Source: a virus. From it: a DNA stretch of 64,000 nt. Below the pieces are notes generated by a model that saw nothing but the letters and a program-made list of their open reading frames with translations, was not told the DNA's origin and ran no database searches. A program made the translations under genes and the position numbers. Below are positions 31,301 to 39,897 of this stretch, piece by piece. How positions within the stretch are numbered: position 1 is the stretch's first letter; the number at the start of each line of letters is the position of its first letter. The stretch is from positions 32,001 through 96,000 of IMG/VR virus record IMGVR_UViG_3300008952_000004; one strand, 5' to 3'.

Positions 31301-34300
31301 TGATACACATAAATCAAAAGGCGGCAGCAAACAATTTCCGCCTCTTACACTGCTTCATACGTATGCAAACAATTTAGGGATGTTTGCAAACACAGAAATA
31401 ACAGAAAAGTTGGATGTAGAAAAAACAGATGAGCAAATGTATGATACATTACTTTATAAATACACCATTGGAAATGCCCAGGCTAAAAAACCGCTCGAAT
31501 TTTTTAAATCCCTTCTTTATAAGGAAACAATATATCCGAAAGAAGTTAATACTTACCTGTCTGGCGCCCGAGGGCGGACTGCCTTTAGTGAAACGACGGA
31601 AGAACTCTCTGCGAGTTCTCGCGTTTGGGAGCGCACTTTTTGGAGAACTAGAGCAGAAAATCGTGCCCGTGAAGAAGGCGCAGTTAACTCAATGGGGTAT
31701 AGAATTTATAATTCCTCGAATAGATCAAGTCGTGACTTTATGGCTTCCGATAAGCTTTCCGGCTCGTGGTTTTTACCATCAGGTTCATTAAGTATCTGGC
31801 CACTAGATACGGGTAATAGTGAAATAGAATACGTCACTCCATCACCGAGCACGGGTGTCCAAAGTACTCATGCAACGCAAAATACAATCCGCCCCGGCGG
31901 CTCCCAATGGGGCGGACCATCCGTTGGTGAATTGTATATGGATCCAATCGGAACTCTGTATGGAAGCTTATCGACTGCCGATCTGACTGGTATGCAGCCT
32001 GGGCATCATTTCTTAACAAAAGACGGTGATGGATTATACAGCTTCGGCGGCGTCAATCGAATATTTACAACTCACGGCACAGCATCCGTTTGCTTTAACC
32101 ATTTTTGTTTAGCTGGCACGACGCACGATCATGCTCTTCAGGGTTCAAATATAAACCGTCGTCCGAACGAACCAAACCACATTATGCAATGGCACACAAA
32201 CCAATATGCTGGAAGAAATCCGTGGTTTGATTCATATGAAGAATATTCTGAGGACATTCGAGTGATGGGGAAAAACTATACAGTCATTCCGGAATTTAGA
32301 ATATCAGAACATATGGAACATTATCTTGACAATGGATTTTTCACAGAACCAAATTATAAATTTTTGTCACTCCTCGGCGCCGCCAACAGTTCCAGCGCCG
32401 ATCAATATGATAAAGATTATGTAGAACCGTTTTGGAAAGAGTATTGCCATTCAGATTTTTTGAAACACTTTACTCAAATTCAGGAAGACCACAAGGATAT
32501 AGCGCCTGTAACCAGTATAAGTTTTAAGTGCAATGCAATCAAAAAGCTTTTACCATATAATGGATTCTATCCTGTGCAAAGAAGCTTGCAGTTAGCTAGT
32601 CTCTTTTCTCAGTCCTATGGACCATACATTGAAGGCTCTTCCAAAGCCGAGTATGGCGGCGCAGGCAAATACCAAGCTGAGAGATTACAATCTCTTCTTC
32701 AGCCATTTTATGCGCCGGGTATTATGTATAATACTTTAAAATCTTGTGTAGCAGTTGATTATCCAGTTTGGACCGGCTCAGCCGCAGAAGTTGCAGATAT
32801 GCGCGGTTCTTATACAAATCAATCGACGATGACACTTCAAGATTCGGGCTCCCGACGCACTGTTTTGGATGACCCAAATTACAGAATGCCATTTGAAGCA
32901 CTCATTGAACCACATAATTATTTACCACAGTCATCCAGTATAACTCCAACGTCTCCTGCTTATGACGCTTCGGCTGAAAATCAAGGGAAACTATATCTTA
33001 CAGCCCCCTATTATGGATCGGCTTCGTTTTATTGCCAGTGGTCTGGACAGTATAAAGACCATTATTCTCTTGCTGCACATAACTTTTTTGCTGAGGTTCC
33101 GAATTTCTTCTTGGAAAATAAGGTATTCACAACATTTGAGAGTGCTCAAGAATCACAGTTTGGGATGATGCGCTCGGGCTCGACCTACTATATGGATGTA
33201 TACATACACAAGACTAACGATTATGTTGCATATGAGAACTTTGCTTATGATACAAAAACAGATGATGATGACGCCATAACCACTCGTGGCTGGGGCTATG
33301 GTCCTCCATTAGATCCAGGCTTAGGCGTGACTGCTGCTGATCCAGCTTGGGCGCCATTTACTCCTCCATATTTTTATGGGCGTTCTGTGGCACGAATTCA
33401 ATTTTCACCACATAAGCATATATTTCTTGATGAGGGGCACCAAGCCCAATTTGGTTTACAAGAGATTATGGACGGAGCAAAAATTGAAACTGAGTTTGTT
33501 CATGAACAACAAATCAATGCGCCGCCATACGAAAAAGAAGTTTCCGAGATAATGGCAATTGCACAGGATGATACTGATACAAATCCGGCTGTCAAAAACC
33601 GGATGCATGTTTCATCTTCTGTGAGCCTGTTCGGTAAGAGAATGAACCTTGCATACGAATATAACCCGTTCACTGGTGAAGCAATATCAGCGACAGAGAA
33701 CCCCCAAGCAGGGTTGGAGAGTTGGGTAATCAATACTAAATTTGAGTGTCCCTCATTGAACTTTTATGGTTCGCATGGCGGAGCACCTGACCATGACGGG
33801 ACCATACCATCGATCCCCGCTGACCCTGCAAATCCCGATCTCACATCGGGCTCCTTGCAACATAGGATTCGTGGCTTATATAATGGATATGGCGAAGTTA
33901 CAGAAAATAGCTCAGGGATATTTTTAGGCGTGCGAGACTCTTTCCCACAAATAACAAATTCAGCAATAAATCCAGATTTGCAAACCACCGGTTCACTTCT
34001 TAAAGTTTTGGGCTTTAAGCCCGAAGAACGAAAGCTTGGTCAACTGGCTGCATCAAAAGAGATATCGGAGGCTGTGGTAGCAATACCTTTTATCGATATT
34101 GAAGGTGAGCGTAAGTTCTTTGGTCTTGGCATGAGCCCCGCACAATCCAGAACAATATTTCAAGATGCCTTTGCTGGAATAGAAGATATAGGTACTTCAA
34201 TTAAAATGTTGGCACAACGAATGCCTAGATATGTCATTCCTCCACATTTTGACTTTCTTAGGGATGAATCAATAGAACCATTTGTAATGTACATATTTGA

Positions 34301-35081
34301 ATTTTCTCACAAGCTAACTCGCACGGATTTGAAAAATATTTGGCAAAATGTTATGCCCGATATTGCAGTGACAGCACAGAAAGCCCAGGATATAATAACT
34401 CATTTGGCTGGACCAAACGAATTTTTTAGAGGCAATCCGATTCCAGAACACACTCGGTGGATGGTTTTTAAGGTTAAACAGCGAGCACAAAAAAATTATA
34501 ATAGCTTAACTGCTGATGATTTAGACAACCCGCCGCATACTATAACTGCACAACCATATAGTTATAACTGGCCGTATGATTATTTTTCATTAGTTGAGCT
34601 TGTGAAAGTGGATGCTGCACTTCGAATAGGACAACCAGAAATGCCAATAAAAGCACTAGAAATAGAAAAAATAGACTATACACCGGGTACTGGTACTGAC
34701 ATTGGGCTTGGAGCAAACCTACAGATAGAACAAAACGCTACAAATCTCGGCACCACCATTGCACAGGCAAATCTCGATATGACGGCAATGCCGAGTAATT
34801 TTAACCCTCCAATTATGAACGCTATAGGGGGTACAGTTAAAACTGTTTCACCGGGGCTTCTTATTGAAAAAGCACTTGAACTAGAAAACCCAAAATGGGT
34901 AGGCGGATTTGCTGGTGGACCAATCGCTGGTGATGGTCTGCAAAAAGCTGCTGCCGCCGCGACCACCGGAATGAACCCTGGTAAACAGTCACCGGCTGGT
35001 GGGTCCAAGTCTGGCGCAGGCGCCAAGGGCTTTGGTTTCGGAAAACCGGGAGGATTTGGAAAACCGGGAGGATTTGATTAA
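25377..35081 (+). CDS. 3234-aa baseplate/tail protein with LamG-like domains (gp7-like segment)
   Basis: TEFWFK...KWHHIA...FFDG...GSIDEFRFWKTART (LamG); a second LamG-like unit near NWHFAVRL; YIYKTKGTFKSFRNLMHCFG (gp7/P2 gpI-like). Confidence 0.7.
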   Translation: MGGGIKDLFGNSDSVLSKTHIRDIANADSPVESSEYIEKYLLEKERFLPTADFSTASNFAMYGSAEQYVTDALQNIYQYYPYDGSLTEKIEWINTANYYDIYMFQFLYPRTCGYAVFSPDGWGTQTDLIADAGLTPQHVFGLSNNPEYIQLKAGPHPDPDAAAKTLSKQFPEPWDGTANIWDDTTGVNRVSNIVLDPAKGVTTEFWFKKDGYVSSSATTRFEYLFDVWNGQKGTAEGETYGRYSILHDGTSTGAIKLGVMSGSQLLTCDSGLTTAEVFDNKWHHIAIAFQSGSDWVEVNTFFDGQHHTRQTSVDQANVVIGEITGSLIANIGAARIPTISQAGTAALASAKIKDGYGKLSGSIDEFRFWKTARTPKQIGRFWFTQIAGGTNTDNNKFSGSAAPVDLGFYYKFNEGNTGDNTVDSTVLDYSGRISNGTWTGFISDKSRVAGAMKSAMIESSASVSEFKDPIIYSTHPDVTALSDRLLSEGKEWDLNNNSSLYHTMPEWIISEDADENGNTLKKLAQMLGVYFDTLHMQINSLPSLAEKRYPVTDFIVHDPNFIDYNLGGPNTGKTREYTFFQKPKPTAKMSVEHSGMEASELFSDVTILNQLASRDEHREFESKLYDIKNTIYQNIYNNLTYIYKTKGTFKSFRNLMHCFGIDEDLIAINLYANDESFKYDDSRYRSKTLRKNYIDFATSDRQQSTVFQSSSVSISDSLSYIPGAYDKPMTVEANIIFPLKKDENDTNYYEYNYYSSSLFGCHEALPSAPTNYTWHSNDSASFQVYVVRQEFRGKDAKFILSSSNGYFPTLTTPTFKDVYNNTNWHFAVRLAPSQDAVSGSVITGSSPDHWDLEFYGVNTALDQIDKKFHVSGSISTVDAQNNFAALAKRFYLGAHRTNFTGSTVLTNTDIKVGSFSVWQDRLSDEEINSHAKDPNNVGRDYPYENAYMFEGVDPNIDITYIPRIKTHILNWQFATITGSTDGVYGVDYYGGSAWNSSFEVLDMTSGSDDKWDVPSLYKTHYPARGDWFLPNDTVVETEYLYTANQILPETLTGDDNIKILAADRETFVRDTIPTNQFFAIEKSMAQTISKEMLDVLGAVTAFNNLVGEPVNRYRQEYKSLEKMREIFFRRVSGEIDFDRFMNFYSWVDGTLSEMLVSLVPATANVSDGIRNVIESHILERNKYWNKFPTLEMKDKPIIGFVKGIKELTYDWKHGHAPLNPTQFVNEDTNCLWWKERAEASGSAGALGWQGASTSGDSYVDSDRNTIRRIITSDISTNKILATGEYTDPIDYPNSGIPNAAQIELAQSGSNSAGRQEYKGSTYALRRFTRPYKLNLDNSKEVRSGHNPARNNKGIDVFWAQARRGGSTYVNMDFDSTLAGFDGPEPSCDDAKIPVPLRKVRRHAAWEGAAGQQPLVGIEPIKARIVAPFVYLSQSSDITTARSLTFFNNSADTAYAGLHVDTYGPSQETPMQGPFTEKNVGGRQYRHAPLSTGEDNVTNRTEGFRIYKYGEFLFTPLRDDSGTSFQPSLIPRGWYYRDEVAKRPVNIRNIQTVTSSNDLGNYSNVLQLVNTQDTNTSPWFVKLQAATGSQGLSTLMSGKASDFGISDVPDRPKLKYFAKHLMGEENLAAPFTEEEVTASLSKHKIIERFSAPGGPDTAGDAYGGFGLSQITTMYSPNNSINYRNLSVRTPLNALLKSPMGNYGSFSGSTLSILGETTALSASYHKVNRNARLRTELVGDSPFSSSLHGFDRAIVHCTSSYDNWFVQHAIPATDFAYAWITASTNRTDYCTSLGTSSFISASEYMSYINTEEDNVRLWGATPNGIAAWSTYLGEYTVTTQTDFVGLNHHIYAPVSASTNMFGYASSPEQAYLNDSFVDHPSGFEPQDTTPPATLNSILLNRDGPYGYPSWKQIRTGEHPIVRSHKKNNILSIGEKPKTINFVVAGALTSSTELRSSRFTNYTEPPVSSKYYSMIHRIDTHKSKGGSKQFPPLTLLHTYANNLGMFANTEITEKLDVEKTDEQMYDTLLYKYTIGNAQAKKPLEFFKSLLYKETIYPKEVNTYLSGARGRTAFSETTEELSASSRVWERTFWRTRAENRAREEGAVNSMGYRIYNSSNRSSRDFMASDKLSGSWFLPSGSLSIWPLDTGNSEIEYVTPSPSTGVQSTHATQNTIRPGGSQWGGPSVGELYMDPIGTLYGSLSTADLTGMQPGHHFLTKDGDGLYSFGGVNRIFTTHGTASVCFNHFCLAGTTHDHALQGSNINRRPNEPNHIMQWHTNQYAGRNPWFDSYEEYSEDIRVMGKNYTVIPEFRISEHMEHYLDNGFFTEPNYKFLSLLGAANSSSADQYDKDYVEPFWKEYCHSDFLKHFTQIQEDHKDIAPVTSISFKCNAIKKLLPYNGFYPVQRSLQLASLFSQSYGPYIEGSSKAEYGGAGKYQAERLQSLLQPFYAPGIMYNTLKSCVAVDYPVWTGSAAEVADMRGSYTNQSTMTLQDSGSRRTVLDDPNYRMPFEALIEPHNYLPQSSSITPTSPAYDASAENQGKLYLTAPYYGSASFYCQWSGQYKDHYSLAAHNFFAEVPNFFLENKVFTTFESAQESQFGMMRSGSTYYMDVYIHKTNDYVAYENFAYDTKTDDDDAITTRGWGYGPPLDPGLGVTAADPAWAPFTPPYFYGRSVARIQFSPHKHIFLDEGHQAQFGLQEIMDGAKIETEFVHEQQINAPPYEKEVSEIMAIAQDDTDTNPAVKNRMHVSSSVSLFGKRMNLAYEYNPFTGEAISATENPQAGLESWVINTKFECPSLNFYGSHGGAPDHDGTIPSIPADPANPDLTSGSLQHRIRGLYNGYGEVTENSSGIFLGVRDSFPQITNSAINPDLQTTGSLLKVLGFKPEERKLGQLAASKEISEAVVAIPFIDIEGERKFFGLGMSPAQSRTIFQDAFAGIEDIGTSIKMLAQRMPRYVIPPHFDFLRDESIEPFVMYIFEFSHKLTRTDLKNIWQNVMPDIAVTAQKAQDIITHLAGPNEFFRGNPIPEHTRWMVFKVKQRAQKNYNSLTADDLDNPPHTITAQPYSYNWPYDYFSLVELVKVDAALRIGQPEMPIKALEIEKIDYTPGTGTDIGLGANLQIEQNATNLGTTIAQANLDMTAMPSNFNPPIMNAIGGTVKTVSPGLLIEKALELENPKWVGGFAGGPIAGDGLQKAAAAATTGMNPGKQSPAGGSKSGAGAKGFGFGKPGGFGKPGGFD
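35040..35075 (+). repeat. Perfect 18-bp tandem repeat x2 (GKPGGF) at the C-terminus
   Basis: GGAAAACCGGGAGGATTT twice, immediately before GAT TAA. Confidence 0.95.
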
Positions 35082-36193
35082 TGGCTAAATTTTTTAACCC
35101 TAAAGAGGACATAATTGATCTTCAGGTTACATCTTATGGGAAACATGCCCTTTCAAAAGGTGCTTTCGTTCCAAAGTATTATGCTTTTTTTGATGATGAC
35201 ATTTTATATGATTCTCAATGGGCATCTGCTTCTTATGGCGAACAACAAAATGAGATTAAAGAACGTTTAATAAACGAAACTCCCAGAATAAAAGTTGCAC
35301 CAGCGCTATCTGGAGTTGAAACAAATATTAAGAAGGCGGTGGAGATGGTTAAACATAATCTTGCCCACATCGGCGCCCAACAAATACAGCCCGCCAAGGA
35401 TAAACACTTTGCATTGCCAATGCCGCTTGGTAATAGCTCTTTAGGGAGTATCTCATTACCGGCTTGGGATTTATATTTTTTAAAGGGTGAAATATCGGAC
35501 TCGGCATATCACTATTCAGGATCCGCTCAGGCACCACATATAAGAACTCCTCAAATTAATGCAGAGATAACTTATAGAGTTACGCCGTTTACAAGTGCTC
35601 AGAAGATTCCATTAAGTGAAGCCGAGGCTAAAGTTAACGCAACAGGGATCGATGGTTCGACACTGAGTTCAGATGCTGACACTATTGGAGTTTGGGGTGG
35701 CTTATTTGACGACTTTATCGATGGCTCCAGGCTGAAGATTTATAAGGATTCGTTAATCATAGAATTGAATGAGGAAAATACAGATTACCTTGCAGATAAT
35801 TTTGACATCGAAGTATATGAAACCAGACAGGTCACAGGATCTGCCTATCCCGGCGACAAAGGTCTTCAGGTTGTTGAGGAATTAATCCCGTTGTATTTCG
35901 CTCGCGGTCGCCGCCCTGACACGGGTGTTTCATATCTTTCTGACGAACATTTCGATCTCGACGAATCAATAATAGACGCAGATTCTAATTATGTTGAATA
36001 TTTTTTCGAGATTAATGTGGATAAGGAAATTGAGACTTCCGAGCTATGCGCGCACTTACCTCATGAGAAGTCAAGAAGAAAGAATTTACTTAGAGAGGTA
36101 GACTGCGGACGAACCCAGGGCAAGACAATTAAAGATGCTGCTTACGGCGCATATGCTGATTCCATCACTGTTGATCCGGAGGATTGTGAATAA
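35081..36193 (+). CDS. Virion structural protein with tail-collar-like N-terminus
   Basis: IIDLQVTSYGKHALSKG...YYAFFDDDILYD; paralogous start to the 42744 gene. Confidence 0.55.
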   Translation: MAKFFNPKEDIIDLQVTSYGKHALSKGAFVPKYYAFFDDDILYDSQWASASYGEQQNEIKERLINETPRIKVAPALSGVETNIKKAVEMVKHNLAHIGAQQIQPAKDKHFALPMPLGNSSLGSISLPAWDLYFLKGEISDSAYHYSGSAQAPHIRTPQINAEITYRVTPFTSAQKIPLSEAEAKVNATGIDGSTLSSDADTIGVWGGLFDDFIDGSRLKIYKDSLIIELNEENTDYLADNFDIEVYETRQVTGSAYPGDKGLQVVEELIPLYFARGRRPDTGVSYLSDEHFDLDESIIDADSNYVEYFFEINVDKEIETSELCAHLPHEKSRRKNLLREVDCGRTQGKTIKDAAYGAYADSITVDPEDCE

Positions 36194-39100
36194 TGCCAGC
36201 AATAGGACAACAACAAATTCTGGGCGCCTTGGTGCCGGATATAAGTATCGATAAAATAACATTGGAGTCTGCACCTACAGTGCAAAAAAGGCGCCGAAGT
36301 GATCGCATTTCAGCGCACGTGCAAGAGAACAAGGTCGACGGGACTTCTTTAGAGTTTATTGAAGGATACCAGAACATCCACGCCGACCCTGAAAAAAATC
36401 TTACTGTCACATTGAGTATGAGCATTAAAGACCGTCTAGATAATGGCTCCATCACTACGTGGTTTAATAATCAAAACATTCATGAATTCTTACATGTGAC
36501 AGTCGTACAGTCGATCGATCCCTTTACCAGCAAGCTGTTATCAGCATCAAACAACGCCATTCAAATAGCTAATTTCAGTTCAGGACAAGATCAAGGCTGG
36601 GAACAACCTGGCGGCATGAAAGAAAAAATAATGTCTATGCTAATAGATATATCTGGAGATCCCGAATTTAAGGATTTTCAGAACAAATTCGGCATCGATG
36701 CAAGCTTAAACGGCGCACAATCTGAAGCAGTCTTTGAGTGGATGAATTCATTTATGACCACGAAAGGGATGACATTCTCTCAGATTGCCGCCCAAAACGA
36801 CATTGGCGATCTTATGGATAGTCAATATAGCGATGAAAATACCAATTCATTTGACGTGCCTTTCCAGCTTCAATTCGAATTACAGGGGACACCTCAACAT
36901 TTATCATACTTTGCCGTGGTTGCGTTTTCACCATCGGCAATTCAAAATAAATATGGCGTTCATATGGATGATCCATTCTTTATTGATATGATGACTGGTA
37001 ATACCGTAGGGGAGCTTGTTATTAACGGGAGTCGGGTGATTGACCAATCATATATTTATAGGATGATTGACGGTACGATTTATACAGGACCGGTTGAACA
37101 TATTAATGATTCTTGGTGGTGGGTTGGAGCAAACACAGCGACTGATGAGCCGCTTACGAGAGATCTGTACCCACATAGTAAAGTGCAAGATTTTCGAGTG
37201 CTTGAAAGATTGAAAGACATGAGGTTTGCTTTTACTGAAGCGCAGGCAAATTTGATGGACTCTGTTGGCAAATATAAAACACCACATTCAGAAAAAATAT
37301 CTTGGGATTTACAAAAAATATATTTTTCTAATTTTGCTATAACGACCACCCCTAATCATAATCTTAAATTCGCTTTCAGTATGGACTACGGTTCACTAGT
37401 GAGAGATAATACAAAATTTTCAAAACTTTTTAAGATTCCGAAGTCCGGATGGACAGCAGATACTCTAAAAGAATTGATGTCTGCTGTTGAGATAGCAAAC
37501 ATGACGATCCTTCGTCGCCGAGTATCAAATGAATATCAGGGCTTGAACGCTTTAGGCTCACCAGCCGATCTCCGAAATATATTTAATGAGGCAGAACAGG
37601 TGCCGGTGGTTATTGCTTCCGGTCGAGATGTTTCAGGAAAGCTGGAGGAAGTACCCTCTCCCATAGGGTTAATTAAAGAGTCTAAGATTCAAACCGCAGG
37701 TGACACGCCGCTGCATGCGATTCGGCATTTCGAAGCTGCTGACAACACAATGAGCACAGTCACTGACGGACATTATCAATATGGTGTAGAGCTTGAGATT
37801 AAAGATAACACTCATAAAAAAATAGCTAATCTGTTGCAGGATTTGCTTGTGCATAAAGCCGAGTTTGATAAATACGCCTTAGCTGCAAGTGTACCAACTA
37901 CTGGTACCAAAGGCAGTGATGCGTCTAGCGTGACCACCAGATCTGGTTACGGTCTGTCTGCTTCGCAAACACTGGAAAAAAGAACACTGGGTGTATTTGA
38001 TCCGGTCAGAAATCGCTTTACTGATAAATTTATAAAAGAACAAGAAGCATTATATAAAACTCCTACAGTGTTTATCTCAGACAAGCCATGGGAAATGGCA
38101 CCTTTTGCTTATTTTGTATTTCTCAGTTTAATATCTGGAGGCACAGATCTGGATATCAGCGGCAATACAATAGAACAGCTTGTGAAATCGATTGCCCCTG
38201 ATACTGGAACACCACAAGGTATAAGCCTCTTTCAAAAGCTTATGGACGATCTAGTTTCCAAAGTCGAGGGTTATATAAAATCACAGATGGCAGAGTCTAG
38301 CAATAAAACTGGCGCCACTAAAGCGGCTATGCCTTTGGCACCAAGTCACCGCACTTTTAAAATAGCACACTGGTTTGGTGAAACATGGGATAGCAATTTA
38401 CCAAAAGTGGGTTATGATTATTTGTCGGAAGGTACAATTGATGTGACGGATCCGACACAGGGTTTAAAAAATATTCCACTGAATCAATACGAAAATGTGG
38501 TTAATGCTGAAACCACAAAACATTGGAAATCTTTAGGTGAACAGTTGGAGGTTACTAAGGGCGGCAAATCTATCAACACGGGCGATAATCTTGATGCAAC
38601 AAAATGGGAATATTTAACGCCATCTAATGTGGACCTCGGTGATAACGGCGGCTGCTTCCAAACAGATCCGGTCAGTTCCGAAAAGAACGCTATGATGAAG
38701 TCTGCAATTCAAAAATTAAATCAAACCAAGCAAAGTCCATTTTTACCTATTATGCCCTTCCTTGATATAAAACCAATTTTAAAGAGTGTTGGCAAAAGAG
38801 CAGAGACAAGAGAAACCGCGACCGGAAACCACTCCGCTGCAAACTTATTAATGACCAAGGTAAACGTGGCAGACATATTAGCCAACACCGTAAACCTCAC
38901 GGTCCATGTTCCAGATATTATCGCGACTGGGACAGGCGCCAAGTCTTTGCTTGAGGGCATCACAAATAGAGCAGCCGACGATCCTTGGGTTGATGCCACT
39001 AAGAACTTGGGGGATGCTTACGATTTTGTCGATCCAATTGATCCGACCAAGGTCCGGAAACAAAGTCCAGTAATATACGAAGAAGACGCTATAGTTTTAT

Positions 39101-39891
39101 TAGAAGAACTTGTGTCTGATACTCTTGATCTTGCTGATGTGGGTCTGAAAAACAAACCTCAAGCTGTTGTTAACAAAGATATCCTTGAGAAAAAATTTAG
39201 ATTTTATGATCACTCGTTTTACAATTTAAATAATGGGTTTAATGCGATAAATAAGAAAGTCTCGGAAATATTGACAAAGGGTTCTGTTATCCCAGCGTCA
39301 GATGGAGGCTTACCACCGCAAATACAAAATGAGTTCATCAAGATGCCAAATCAAATTAAATCACTGTTTATCGGAAGTTTGAAACCGGACGTGGTAAATT
39401 ATGACATGTCTGCAAATAACGGCGCATACTTCAGCAATCCAATTAACCACGCAACTATTATTTTTAACTATAAGATGATTCGAAAAGTAGAAGTCCTCAC
39501 AGGATATAAAGTGGATGAAACAGGCGCACCAATGCTTAAACAGCCAATATGGACCGCGCTGGGCGATGCGGTATTACAAAAAATGAAAGGTAAGGACATT
39601 CTTTGTAGACATACAAAATATACAGATCGAAGTTTGGGTATCGAAATGCCTTCCTCGATGAAGTTGCCCGTCTATGACAGGTACTTTACTATTTCAGTTC
39701 CTGCTGGCGATAAAAAGAAGAAAAAACCAGCAGCTTCCACCCAACAAGTTATTAAAAAAGCGATTCAAAATATCTTAACTCAAAATAAAAATATACCGGT
39801 AAAACATCTACATACAATAGATGTGAGCATGAAAAACGTTGAACAAAGTCTTGAACATAAGGCTATAATACAAGAGCACAAATGGAAATAA
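36193..39891 (+). CDS. Large hypothetical virion protein, 1232 aa
   Basis: Long ORF coupled by TAATG within the tail operon. Confidence 0.65.
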   Translation: MPAIGQQQILGALVPDISIDKITLESAPTVQKRRRSDRISAHVQENKVDGTSLEFIEGYQNIHADPEKNLTVTLSMSIKDRLDNGSITTWFNNQNIHEFLHVTVVQSIDPFTSKLLSASNNAIQIANFSSGQDQGWEQPGGMKEKIMSMLIDISGDPEFKDFQNKFGIDASLNGAQSEAVFEWMNSFMTTKGMTFSQIAAQNDIGDLMDSQYSDENTNSFDVPFQLQFELQGTPQHLSYFAVVAFSPSAIQNKYGVHMDDPFFIDMMTGNTVGELVINGSRVIDQSYIYRMIDGTIYTGPVEHINDSWWWVGANTATDEPLTRDLYPHSKVQDFRVLERLKDMRFAFTEAQANLMDSVGKYKTPHSEKISWDLQKIYFSNFAITTTPNHNLKFAFSMDYGSLVRDNTKFSKLFKIPKSGWTADTLKELMSAVEIANMTILRRRVSNEYQGLNALGSPADLRNIFNEAEQVPVVIASGRDVSGKLEEVPSPIGLIKESKIQTAGDTPLHAIRHFEAADNTMSTVTDGHYQYGVELEIKDNTHKKIANLLQDLLVHKAEFDKYALAASVPTTGTKGSDASSVTTRSGYGLSASQTLEKRTLGVFDPVRNRFTDKFIKEQEALYKTPTVFISDKPWEMAPFAYFVFLSLISGGTDLDISGNTIEQLVKSIAPDTGTPQGISLFQKLMDDLVSKVEGYIKSQMAESSNKTGATKAAMPLAPSHRTFKIAHWFGETWDSNLPKVGYDYLSEGTIDVTDPTQGLKNIPLNQYENVVNAETTKHWKSLGEQLEVTKGGKSINTGDNLDATKWEYLTPSNVDLGDNGGCFQTDPVSSEKNAMMKSAIQKLNQTKQSPFLPIMPFLDIKPILKSVGKRAETRETATGNHSAANLLMTKVNVADILANTVNLTVHVPDIIATGTGAKSLLEGITNRAADDPWVDATKNLGDAYDFVDPIDPTKVRKQSPVIYEEDAIVLLEELVSDTLDLADVGLKNKPQAVVNKDILEKKFRFYDHSFYNLNNGFNAINKKVSEILTKGSVIPASDGGLPPQIQNEFIKMPNQIKSLFIGSLKPDVVNYDMSANNGAYFSNPINHATIIFNYKMIRKVEVLTGYKVDETGAPMLKQPIWTALGDAVLQKMKGKDILCRHTKYTDRSLGIEMPSSMKLPVYDRYFTISVPAGDKKKKKPAASTQQVIKKAIQNILTQNKNIPVKHLHTIDVSMKNVEQSLEHKAIIQEHKWK

Positions 39892-39897
39892 AAAAAT